A stretch of DNA of 63,122 nt, the filler included, from Ministeria vibrans ATCC 50519 (lineage: Eukaryota; Protista; Filasterea), in NCBI GenBank assembly GCA_943704425.1. It is 9 parts of 9 records of this genome, joined end to end, with 100 filler letters (N's around TTAATTAATTAA, not from the genome) between each part and the next. Parts side by side here need not be neighbours in the genome. Positions count along the whole stretch, not along the records: positions 1 to 15,799 come from CALSCP010001079.1; 8 more parts are not named here. One strand, written 5' to 3'. The translations under genes were made by a program, and so were the position numbers. This document shows, in pieces, positions 1-11,313 of this stretch; position 1 is the stretch's first letter; each line of letters opens with the position of its first letter. Under the pieces are notes generated by a model. It saw only the letters and a list, made by a program, of their open reading frames with translations, made no database searches and was not told where the DNA came from.

Positions 1-229
1 GTCTGCTTTTTTTTCTTCGTTCTTTTTTTTTTTTTTTTCGTGTTGTCGCGTTGATGGAAACCCGATCTTGTCGTTTTGGGGCGTCGCAGTGCCGCCCAGC
101 CCGCCACATCTTTCCTGCTATAGCGTTCCCCCCACTCCCCTATCACACAAACTGCCTATCGTGCAGTCTCTCACTTTCCCCTCTCCTTTTTTTTTTTTTT
201 TTTTTTTTTTTTCTTTTTTCTGCTTTCAG

Positions 230-697
230 GCGGAAACGGAACACCGCAAAGCTCTGCGGCTTCTCACGCGCTTTTACGGCAACGAGCGCGATGCGCACCT
301 TGCGGAGACCCTGTACAATCTTGGGCTGGTCTTGCAAGAACAGCAGCAACTCTCGGTAAGAGCAACGAGCGGCGTTTGCGGTGAGCGCAGTAAACATGTT
401 TTGTTTTGCTCAGAGTGTTCTCTTTCCCAATCACTTTGTTGTCTGCCACTTTGTTGTCAGGCATTTTGTTGTCTGTCACTTTGTTGTCTGTCACTTTGTT
501 ATCTATCGCTTTGCTCTTTCTGCGTTCGCTCTGTTGTTTCTCACACACATTGTTTCTTTGTCTCTTCGATCACTTTGTTTCTCTCCCGCTTTGTTTCTCT
601 CTCTATCCCTCACCTTTTCTCTCTCTCTCTTTCTCTATCTTTTGTTTCTTTCTCCCTCCTTTCTCTTTCTCTCACTTTGTTTTTCTCTCTCTCTAAT

Positions 698-790
<93 letters not shown>

Positions 791-2489
791 CTATTCATTT
801 TCTTGCCCCCGTGTCTGTAGGAGGCGATGGCGTCATTCCGGTCGGTGCTTGCTTGCAACCAAGGGAAGGCGTCGACACAACAGATGATCATCAAGGGACA
901 CGCATCGCTTGCCATGGGCACAGTCCTGCAAAAGGCCAACGAACGACCGCGCGCCATGGATGCATTTCGCATGGCCATGTCAACCTTTCAAAAGGCGAAA
1001 AAGCCCATTCTCGCGGCCAACGCTGCCTTTTGCGCGGGAAATCTCTTTTCAGCGTCAAAGAAGCACGGCCAGGCATTGGCGATCTTCGAGCAAGTCCTAA
1101 AAAACTACAAGCAATTCCTTGGTGCAGATCACTTGCGCACTGCCGACGCGCACTTTAATGTAGCCGCCGCCTTGTCTGCTCTCAAAAGACACGAAATTGC
1201 CTTTGATCACTACAAAAAGGTGCACGATAGTTCTTTTTTTTTGTTGTATTTTTTTGTCGGTATTAAGATTATTTTGTATTCTGTTGCAGGCGGAGGAAGT
1301 GTACGAGACCCGACTGGGATTGGAGTCGTCGGTGACTCTCTTGGCGGTCGAGCGGATTGCGTGGCTTCTTGCGCGACATCTGGGCAACTCAGGTCAGGCA
1401 GTGGGTCTGTACGAGCGGATCATCGCGTCGCAGGGGGACAAGGCATCGGCAGACACCATCAATGACTATGCAAATGCACTCTATTGGTCGGGAGCACTCG
1501 AGAAGAGCATTCAGCAGCACCGTCGAAGCATTGAGATGAAGATCCATGGGCCTGTCTGCCGCGGTGATGCCATGCACTTGTCGCTCGCTATGCTCTACAA
1601 CAATCTGGGTCTGTCGCTTTCCAAGGCCGAGCGATACGCCGAGGCTCAAGAGCAGTTCGAGAGAGTGTTGCGCACACGCGAGGCTTGCTTTGGTGTCGAC
1701 GACGTGCGCATTGTCGGCTCGCTTGTCCACATTGGGCGCGTACAGGTGTCACAAGGGCTGCTCGACGACGCCGAGGCGTCCTTCCGTCGTGCCATCGACA
1801 CGGCCGCAGCCATTGACCTTCCGAACCCGCCAGGGACTCCGGGCAGTCGCGTGAGTGTGACGAGCACGGCGAGCACCAGTGCGCGTGACTGTGTGCCCGC
1901 CCTCGAGGGCCTCGCCAACGTGTGCTGTCTGCGGGCGCGCTACGACGAGGCTATCGAGCTTTTGCAACGTGCGCTGCGAGCACGTCGACGACGCAGCAAC
2001 GTACGCGCGACTGCCGACGACGAAAAAGGTCTCGAGGACCCCTTGTCGATGTCGGAGACAGCTCCCGCCTACGAGCACCTTGCCTCCATCTTTTTGCGCA
2101 CAGGCCGCTACCGCGAGGCAGTCGACACATACACCCTGGCGCTCGAGTCGCGTCGTCTGCTGCGACCCGCCTCGGTGACAACGACCGAGTCTCAAATGCG
2201 CGATCTTCTCGAGGCTCCCTGTCACGTGGGCATTGCACAGGTGCTCTATCTGCAGGGCGACTATGCCGATGCGCTTGCCTCGTTTCAGCGCATTTTCGAT
2301 CTGGCTGTGCCCTTTGCACGCCAAAACAAGCTGGCCGCCAAGACCGCATTCGACTCACTGTTGGGCTGCTCGCGTTGCAATTGGTGTCTCGCCGCCTACG
2401 ACGATGCCACGGCTATGTTACAGCCGCTGGTGGACGCCGTTGATCGGGCTCATCGCGACGAAAAAGGCAAGTCTTCGTCGTCGTCGGCA

Positions 2490-2523
<34 letters not shown>

Positions 2524-3572
2524 CGCCCCCAAGAAACGGCCACGATGACGGGAGTACGGACGCAAGCATCGAGACGGACCACACGCAATTGTACAATGCC
2601 ATTGCGGCTATTGTGCCGCCACACTCGCCGCGCTTTTCTCGACTGCTCTACCTTGCAGCGGCCGTGCGTCTGTCACAAGGGGGCGCGGAGAACGAGCAGG
2701 TGTCACGCACGTACCTTGAACGATCACTACACATTCTCAACGACCCACGGACACCGCGCACCGCCGATCGCGACCTCCAGCTCGTGCGCGTCTACAATCA
2801 CTTGGCATTGCACAAGCTACGGGCCGAGTCGGATTTTTTAGGGGCACTTGAGCTGGCGCAACGCACACTCGAGTTCTCCAAGGACCACAACAATCACATT
2901 GCGGCGGATGCCATTCACACGTTGGGCAACATTCTCGGTGTGTACCTTGGCAACAGCGATGGTCTCAAGCACCTGTACCTGGCACACACCATTCGCCAGT
3001 CACTCGTGGCCGAGCATCCCGACGTTGCGGAGTCGACACTCGTCATTGGCCAGACGCATCGTGTGCTGGGACAGCTCGCCGACGCACTTCCCTTCTTTCG
3101 CCAGTCGGTTGAGCTGTATGAGAAGACGTTGGGCGTGCAGCACCCGCACACGATCAATGCGCGCGAAGAGCTTGAGCGTGCCGAGCGTGAGTCACTTTTG
3201 GTGTCGACCAACGGGACGCGGGTGGACGTAAAGGCAGGGAAGGACACAAAGGGGGAGGCGGAGGAGGAGGAGGAAGGGTGTATGACACCCTGTGCCTCGC
3301 CGGAGGAACTGCTGTCGGAGAGTGAAGACGTGAAGGTGGGTGGGGAAGGACCAGAGGCATTGCCGGCGGGTCATCGTGGCACGGCCGTGCTGGACATTTT
3401 GAAGGGAGCCGATGAGCTGGAGCGACACGAACGGGCGGTGTATCAGAAGGCAATGGAACGACAGCGCAAAGCGACGCAACAGGCGAGCAATGGGAGAACA
3501 GTGGAGGGAACGGATGAGGATGAGGGACCCCCTCAGCTTGAGAAGGAATATGCCACAGAGGATGAGCTGTGA
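230..3572 (+). CDS. Tetratricopeptide-repeat protein (kinesin light chain/NPHP3-type TPRs), 5'-truncated; exons ~230-355, 821-1219, 1290-3572
   Basis: Repeated TPR-like helices (LAETLYNLGLVLQEQ, TADAHFNVAAALSAL, LAMLYNNLGLSLSKAERYAEAQEQFERVL, YEKTLGVQHPHT). GT-AG introns join the ORF-track pieces in frame. Confidence 0.8.
430..513 (+). repeat. Intronic 15-bp minisatellite (TCACTTTGTTGTCTG, about 5-6 degenerate copies)
   Basis: Directly visible tandem copies. Confidence 0.85.
701..783. repeat. (CT)n microsatellite in intron
   Basis: Directly visible. Confidence 0.97.
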
Positions 3573-3777
3573 TACACACACAGAGAGAGAAAGGAGGGCG
3601 AGAGAGAGAGAGAGAGAGGAGTCCCCCTCGCTGTCATTTCTGTGCATAAGAATACAATCAACTTATTTAATGTTTAATGAAATAAATTTATGAATAATAA
3701 TAATTACTTTTATTCATTTATTATTAATTATAATGAGTTTTATTTCACAAGAGTGTACGGCATGGCATCGTATTATG

Positions 3778-5446
3778 TTATTTTGGGAGTTCGCTTGTAG
3801 CGTCAAGGACGTTTGCAGCGGTGTACGTGTTCAGCTCGATATCGGTTGTCTTTTCGCTGGTCATGGAGTGCCCATCGCCGTTTTCGTCCAGCTGCTCCGG
3901 GTCAGGTTGACGCTCACAACGGCAGTTTAGAAGCGAGCCAATGGACATAAAGAGAGGGAAGAGAAAGCCCACGAGAGGACGCAAAGCCATTGACATGCCC
4001 GCCTGATCATGAGAGCACAAGAGCACAAAAAATAATTAATAATTTTTTGGCAAATAGAGAGAGAGAGAGAAACAAAGTGATAGAGAGAGAGAAAGAAAGA
4101 AAGTGATAGAGAGAGAGGAGAAAGAAACAAAGTGATAGAGAGAGAGAAGGGAGAAAGAAACAAAGTGATAGAGAGAGAAGGGAGAAAGAAACAAAGCGAT
4201 AGAGAGAGAAGGGAGAAAGAAACAAAGTGATAGAGAGAGAGAGACATCAAGACGTGAGGGAAGACAACAATGGTAATAATTGGTAGTCGTGCCCTAAAAG
4301 CTCTTACGCCTGCTCCCAGAAGTTCAAAGAGAGTGCTCGAGCGCTTTGTTGTTGTGACGTAGTAGAGCTCCTGAGGGGCAACGCCGACACTCCGAAAGGG
4401 CAGCGTGGTTGCCGTGCCCACATTGACCACGTCGGTGCCATCAATGTCGTTCACGCGATTCACGTATGTCATTTCAACGACATCGCCCCTAAACGAAGAG
4501 CAAGGACACGGTGAGTAGTGATGTTGACAGCTGTGGGTTCCGTCGTGGGGTCGTACAAGTCCGTGTACCCGCCATTGTCAAACCCTGTCGTTGTCGTATT
4601 GGTGATCTGAAGGCCTTCCAGTGTCTCGATGTACGCCAAGCGTTGACCCAAACAGGGCCGTTGACACAAGCGCGTCCCTGCTTCCACTCCGGCGTCCTCG
4701 TATCCGGCAGGACACGCATTCGCCTCGGGCACCGACGTCGCAGTCAACACAGGGGTCACCGTCAATGACCCAGGCAATGCAACGGTTACAACGCGCGTGT
4801 CGCCCATTGGCAAGAGAGACGTCTATAGGGAGAGAGAGAGAGTAAGCGAGCATGGAGAGTGAGACTTCATTGAGACGCGGGCAAACCCCCCGAGACACAC
4901 CCAGAGGGGTCAGAGGGCAGAAGGAAGCAACAAGGGAAAGGATCAAGTGGCGTCAAAGACAAGACTGAAGACGGTCGAAGTCGAATGGGAAGTGCAGGAG
5001 GAGCAGGAAGCGGGAGGGCGAGGGAGAAAAAAGTTCGAAAAAAGAACACATAAAAAAAAAAAAAATAGATTGTTTACATCGTCGCTGTTTACGACAGTGC
5101 AGTTCTCGGCGCTGGAAACGAGTCAAGATGTGGGGTCAGTAGTGAAATAGACCATTTGGGATGGCGGCCGAGTCACAAGCGTGGCGCTGTCGGGTTGTAC
5201 GTACCAAAGGCAGCCGATGCGAAGTTGAAAGGAAGTGGGGCCGAATTTGACCTCAGTTGTGGTCACTCCTGCTCCGACATAGCCAGTCACGATTATGGCC
5301 CAATAAGCCGAGGCAAGGCCGATCCAGGCGGCACACAGAAGCACGCCTGCGGGGAGCACACGGCATGATGATGAGGGCATTATGACGATGCTATATTTGG
5401 ACACCAATCACACGAGAAGACGCTCACCAGCGAATGTGGGCGCCAT
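3778..5446 (-). CDS. Roughly 280-aa protein with two transmembrane segments and a Cys-containing beta-rich loop (ENaC/P2X/PAC-like topology), six exons
   Basis: Manual splice: MAPTFAG|VLLCAAWIGLASAYWAIIVTGYVG...RIGCLC|AENCTVVNSDD|TSLLPMGD...|GDVVEMTYVNR...YYVTTTKRSSTLFELLGAG|AGMSMALRPLVGFLFPLFMSIGSLL...PK*. Introns are GT-AG; one boundary near 4490-4570 is uncertain. Confidence 0.6.
4056..4243. repeat. Intronic ~31-33 bp minisatellite (GAGAGAAGGGAGAAAGAAACAAAGTGATA-like, about 6 copies)
   Basis: Directly visible tandem copies. Confidence 0.9.
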
Positions 5447-5906
5447 CGACAAGACGCGAGGGTACGCGTCAAAGTAAAAGAACACGCTTGAGAGTCTCAT
5501 TACGCCAGAACGAAACAGTTTTGAGGAAGAAAGTCGGAGTCGGGAGTTGCGACTTGGTACAAAATAAAGATTAAAGTGTCATGCTGTGGCTTTATTTTGA
5601 TTATGTATGGAGAATTTGTCGGATCGCAAATCAGTATTGCAATTGTTGGCTGTTGTCTCAAACTCTCTCCGAGACACTGGAACAGTCCGGGTGCACCTGT
5701 TTAAGTGGACAACGGTGAGCGATTGTCTGTTTAAAAGGAGACGCTGACCAGTTGTATTCTTCGTGTGTTGCATCGTTTGCTTCACTGATCGACTGATTGT
5801 TGCGTAACACGCCGATGACGCCAATAAATCACGCCATTAGTACGATGACATAATTGTTTTCATAAATTTATTATTATTATTATTATTATGGTACAAATGC
5901 AATACA

Positions 5907-8900
5907 TTACAAAGTCTTGTCGGATTCTACAAAGTCTTCGACGGCTTCCTCGGTGGCGGCGGGCTGGCTCTGCCCTTCGTCCACAGTCGTCTCCCCAAGC
6001 TCTACGGAAGGTGCTTTAGCCTGACGCTTGCGGCGTCGGATCCGCTGGCACTTGGGGCAGGTGGCGGCGTCATAGCACGAGCGATGGTAGAACGATTTGC
6101 AACCGTCGCACTGCACTGCCTTGCTCAGCTCAAACGGGAAAAACACATCGTTGCTGCGACAAAATTCACACATGAACCCTTTGGCAGCGCATAACTACAC
6201 GGGGAGGGGTTGAAACAAAGAAGAGGAGATAGAGACAGGTCAGAGAAAAAAAAAACAAGGAGAACAACACACAAAGAGGGTGTACAGGGCATTCGAGAAC
6301 GTGGTCGCGCTGGTGGTCGCGCTCGCGCTGTAGATCAGCGACAAAGCCACCCTCGGCAGTGCGCACAAGGTCCTGCAGTGAGTACAGGTCGGGGTCGGTC
6401 GCAATGTACGAGCGGCACTGCACCTTGTTCCCTTGCCTGGCAACAGAGAGACAGAGAGAGAAAAAAAAAATTAGTGACAAGAGAGAGAGAAAAAAAAATT
6501 GATGAAGAGAGAAAAAAAAAAGAACATCAGTCCGTCAAAACAATACACAAAAGGATAAACAGACAAACGGCGTGGCGTACTCTTTGGCAAGACGACAGGT
6601 CGAGAGGAAAGGCTGCAGGAAAAAAAGCTGCCAGCGTAGGACACGCGCCTCAATGAGCGGCTTGATTTTGTCGTAGAGCTTCTCGTTGATGACGCCCAAA
6701 TCAAAGAGGGGATCCTCGTAGATGCCATTGAGGAAGGACAGGGCAAAGTTGGAAACACGGTAGACGGAGAAGTCCCACTTGTGGAGGATGCGCGCAGGGA
6801 TGATTGCGACGGCCTGAGAGTGGCACGACGTGCAGAAAAACTTGCCCAGGTACTCGCAGTAGCGAAACCGCTTAGCATACTCTATATAGACGGTTGCTTG
6901 TTAGTGCTCTCTTATTATTTATTATTATTTATTTTTATTATTTGTTATTGTACCTGCTTCAACTTTGATGGAACAGCCGGCACAGCGGTAGTGCTGACGA
7001 GCAACACCTTCGCGCGTCGATGGTCGCTTGTGCAGCGTGAAAATAATCTGCTGGCGGGGTGGGGCCCAGTCGTCGGTGCCGCGCAGACGAAGGACGTCGC
7101 TCTGGGTGCTGCGTGTGGAGATGAGCGTGTCGGTGCGTTCGGTGCGATGTGCCATGGAGGAGGCGCTTGATGCAATTGACATGGTGTCGTCACCGCGGCT
7201 CGACCGGTCATCGTCGCTGCTTGCGTCACTCGTGACCGAGTCGCGATGATGCTGTTTCAGTGTTGCTTCGCGATCGGCGTGGAGTTCAGCCACGGCGGCC
7301 GCAGCAGCACGAGCCGCCCCACCACTCTTGCCAAGGGCCGTTGCGGCACTCATGACGGCCCTCAAATCATTCTCACCATGTCGTGGCTTGTTGAGTTTGG
7401 GCCAGGGCAACACGGCCTGCTCGGGTACGTCGGCGTCGCTGACGAGGAGGCGTAGTGCGGGCGGATCAAGCTGGTTGGTCGTGAGCGAGCGTAGGTAAAG
7501 ACGCGCGACGAGCTCGGCGGGCAATTTGGACGAAACGAGTTCGTGAGCGTCGATGCGGCGCGTGTCGTACATGGAGCGCCACTGCGAGGGATCGACGGGT
7601 ACCGAATCAGTGGTACTGGCACTGTTGAAGGAGCTGACGCTGCTTGAGCGGGTGCGGATGGACGAGCGGTCGTCGTACGACATGTGTGAATGACGTTGAG
7701 GCGACGAGAGACGACTGGACGCCGCCGAGGAAGTGGTGGTGTTTGTGTCGGGTGGTGTGGGTGCAAAGGCAGAAGTGGCGGGGGTGTCAAGAGGCGTGCA
7801 CTCGTCGGCTGTCTGCTCATTGGTCAGTGTCGTCGTGGTCGCAGTGCTCGTAGTAGAGGTGACGCGTCCGGCGTCCGCTGATGAGCCACGCTGGTGTCGC
7901 TTGGGACGCAGAGCGAGCTCACGTTCAAAGTTGAGACGCGTATGAATACGCTGAGAGCGGTCGGGCGAGGCGACGGGCGAGGAGGCAGCCAAGGGAGCAA
8001 GGTCATGGTCAAGGCGACCCTGTTGCTCGCGTTGTTCGTGCTCTTGCTGGCGCAACTGATGCTGTTGACGTTGCAGCAACCATTGTTGTTTCTGGTGGTG
8101 TTTCTGTGCAAGAGTCGGTCCCATTGCATTCGCGTAGCGCACCAGTCGATCTTCGCACTGCATCCTTTCCACGGCGCCAATCAAAGCGTCCGCCACCTCC
8201 ATGTGGGCCGAGTCAAACTCCATTTCATCGCTAGAGGCGTATGTGCGCTCCGTGAGTTTGCTAAAGATTTGCGATGACACATCCATGAGCGTGGCAGCAT
8301 TAATCCAGCATCGAGGCGTCGGTAGAGTTGCGTTGTTGTTGCTGCGAGCAACGGGGGCAACAGACGCAGCCGCGATGGAGGAACCGCCGGCCGAGTGGCG
8401 TGATGAGCGACGCGGCGAGGCGGTGTTGGTGTCGGGTGCGCCCTGAGAGGTGCTATTGACGAGACCGACCGAATCGTAAGAGGACAATGAGGGGGAAGGG
8501 GAGACGTGATGGAGTGGAAAAATGCACGACGACGACGACGCACTTGTTGGACTTGCACTGGTGCTGTGCTGGGGTGAGTCACGGACAGGGCGCGACGAGA
8601 GGTAGTGCTGGCCGCTACTGCCACTGCCACCACCACTGCTGGGACTGATCATGGAGATGCGACCGTCCGCACCAAAGACGGAGCGGGGCGATTCGGCAAG
8701 CATGGTGCGACCTGAGCCAGTGCTACGCCCCAAGAGAGAGCTGGAAAGGCTAGCTCTCGAAATGGAGTTGTGCGAAGAGGCCGGTGCGACGACATTGCTT
8801 CGTCCACCAAAGGACGACGACGATGGTGTTAGCGACGACGAAGCCGACGACGACGGTAAGGGTTTGTGGGGCCGATGACCGGGACGTGGAGGGCCCGCGC

Positions 8901-9923
8901 GCTGAATGAGACGCTGCAACAGGGCCATGTTACAGCGGATGAGATGTCCCATGCTTGACAAGAGCTGGTTCATCAGCGACTCGCGAGCGCAAAACGCCTC
9001 GGCGGTATAGTACTCAAGAAGGGCACAAGGATCGCCAACAAGGCGCTCAAAATAGGTGACAATCTATAAGCAAAAAAAGAAGGAAAACAAACATGGCAAC
9101 AAAAGAGGAGCGCAGGGGTCATCGAAGGAAACCGGCAAATCGATCATTAATAATGGAAGTAAGAGACGGCGCTGCCAGAGAAGACCAGAATGGTGGGGAG
9201 AGAAAAGAGAGAAGAGAGAAGGTATGGGAAGCGTCGTACGTTCTTGTTGAAGATGCCCTGTCGAATCCACACAGTAATGTCGTCCAAACTTGTGCTTTGC
9301 GCATTAAGCGCCTTGTCCGAGCTGGAAAAGGTCGATGAGTAACAGAGCAGAAGCACAGAAGTCTCTCGGACGTACACATGCGGGTGTTGGAGGTCGTCGC
9401 CGAGTCGTAATCGAATGAAATTCCAAGCGTGCGAATGCTACAGAGTTGCACAAAGTGTGTTTTTTTTTTTGTGTTTTAGTGTCGCGATGCACTAAAAATG
9501 CGAGTGGGATCATGTACCTCCTTCAGTCCGTGTAGGATGATGCTGAGTAGAATCGCGGCGACTACAAGCAAACGCGGATAAGGCGAGTGTGAGTCGCGAC
9601 GTGTCAAAAAATGGAACGACAACAGAAGAGAGAGAGAGAGAGAAAAAAAAAAGTTCAATGTGCAGTGTGTTGTTCATACGCTCATCAAAGACAATGGGAA
9701 TGCCCTCGGTGGTCTCTGAAAGGCGGTCGTCGTCGAGGACGTCAAACTCGCCAATGGGGTGGCTGTGTGCGGTGGCAACGACGTCGGCAACGGCGACGGC
9801 AGCGGCGCAAAGTTGCTCCTCCAACACACGAATGGTTTCCCTCGCGTGCCTTAACAATATGCGTCGCTCGTCGACATCTGATGACGTGTCGCCGTCAGCG
9901 CTGACGGCGACTCCGTCGTCCAT
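5907..9923 (-). CDS. RUBCN: Rubicon (RUN domain and C-terminal Cys-rich RH domain; PI3KC3/Rab7 regulator), multi-exon
   Basis: WAPPRQQIIF...QHYRCAGC, RYCEYLGKFFCTSCH...IPARILHKWDF, CAAKGFMCEFC...CPKCQR (RH domain). AHMEVADALIGAVERMQC and LLVSDADVPEQ match Rubicon-specific blocks. N-terminal RUN-like segments ILHGLK and LLEYYTAEAF. Confidence 0.88.
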
Positions 9924-10161
9924 CACAGAAAAAAGAATTGTAGAATGTAGATTTTAATTTCATAATTTGGATAGTGATAGCAGATCGAGTGATTGTGAGT
10001 TGCTCGTGTCAGACGAAAGATCACTCACGAGTCGAACTATGGCCCTGGACGTTTGTTTTACTGAGACCGCAACTCTCCGTCGACTCATTCTCGAAATACG
10101 CTGCAATAATAGTGTACGGGAAGACACTCCGAGTATCGCATGCGTTTTGCGTGGCAGTGCG

Positions 10162-10163
<2 letters not shown>

Positions 10164-10257
<94 letters not shown>
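10164..10257. repeat. (GA)n microsatellite
   Basis: Directly visible. Confidence 0.97.
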
Positions 10258-10260
<3 letters not shown>

Positions 10261-10320
10261 GATGGACAATAAAGAGGTAGATTCAATATGATACAGGAAT
10301 GGTCGCGAAAGACATCCCCC

Positions 10321-10727
10321 CTATGCGCTGTTGGGTCCATTTCCACCTGGGATCAGCTAAAAATGCAGAAGAGAGAGAGATTAGAGAGAGAGAAAAAAAG
10401 AAGAAACAAAGTGATAGGGAGAGAGGACTGCAAATTGAAAAGATAAAAGTAACACTGTACACTGCGCAAAGACACTTCCTTGCCCAGAACAATTTCCATA
10501 GTTCGTCAGTTGGTGCTTCTTTCTTTTCCAAAGAATGGCATACACGTCCAAACAAACGACAATTCGAGTGCGTGACCAAGAATGATATACGGCACGCAAA
10601 CAGGAACAGACAAGTGACACGACACACGCCCAGTACGCAAACATGCAGCACATCATCAACTAACGAGCACAATTCTCGAGACATCGCAACGAAGTAACTG
10701 TCAAAGGAGAGAACACACAAACAGACA

Positions 10728-10792
<65 letters not shown>

Positions 10793-11168
10793 GTTTGTTC
10801 CACCCCGCCATTGATCACGTACCATGCAAATGTTGTTGCCGTTCAGCAGGACGGTGTCGCGGTGGACGTTCTCCTCGCCTTCCCCGCTCGCAAATTCCGT
10901 CACGTCCGTCAGAACAAGATTGACAAAATCGTCAAAGCCCGACAGTGTTCCCGCCAGCTCCTTGTCTGTCTTCATCAGAATCCAGATGCGACTCCCAATG
11001 CACTTGTCGATGAGTTCTACAGAGGCGGCGCAGAGTGGCTGTCATGACGAGTGTGGCTCGAAGAGAGAGACGAAGAAAAAAAAAAAAAAAAAAAAAAAAC
11101 TACTTCTACGAGTTGCTCGTTGTGTAGGTACCTAGTGGCAAAAGATGGGGTACGGCTGGAGTAGTCAT
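10321..11168 (-). CDS. LSM5: U6 snRNA-associated Sm-like protein LSm5 (3 exons)
   Basis: Spliced: [13 protein letters not shown]|[41 protein letters not shown]...LLNGNNICM|[11 protein letters not shown], the classic LSm5 sequence. Confidence 0.95.
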
Positions 11169-11313
11169 GGTGGGAAACTTGTGTAAATATATTGACCTTT
11201 GTCCTTTTCTGATCAGTGATCATTGTGATCAAACTATTTTTTGAACACTCGCAAGTCGTCAGTGCCATAGCATTCACTATTCTATTCTGCACATTTTATA
11301 AACACTCAACAGA

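Noticed and set aside
4469-4472. ATGA stop/start overlap resembling bacterial translational coupling
   Set aside because: Explained by an intron ending ...TCGTTTAG| just upstream; both ORFs are exons of one gene.
5123-5125. In-frame TGA suggesting selenocysteine or readthrough in the two-TM gene
   Set aside because: It lies in a GT-AG intron (TG|GTACGT...CTGAC...TTTCCAG|C); splicing gives GCLCAENC.
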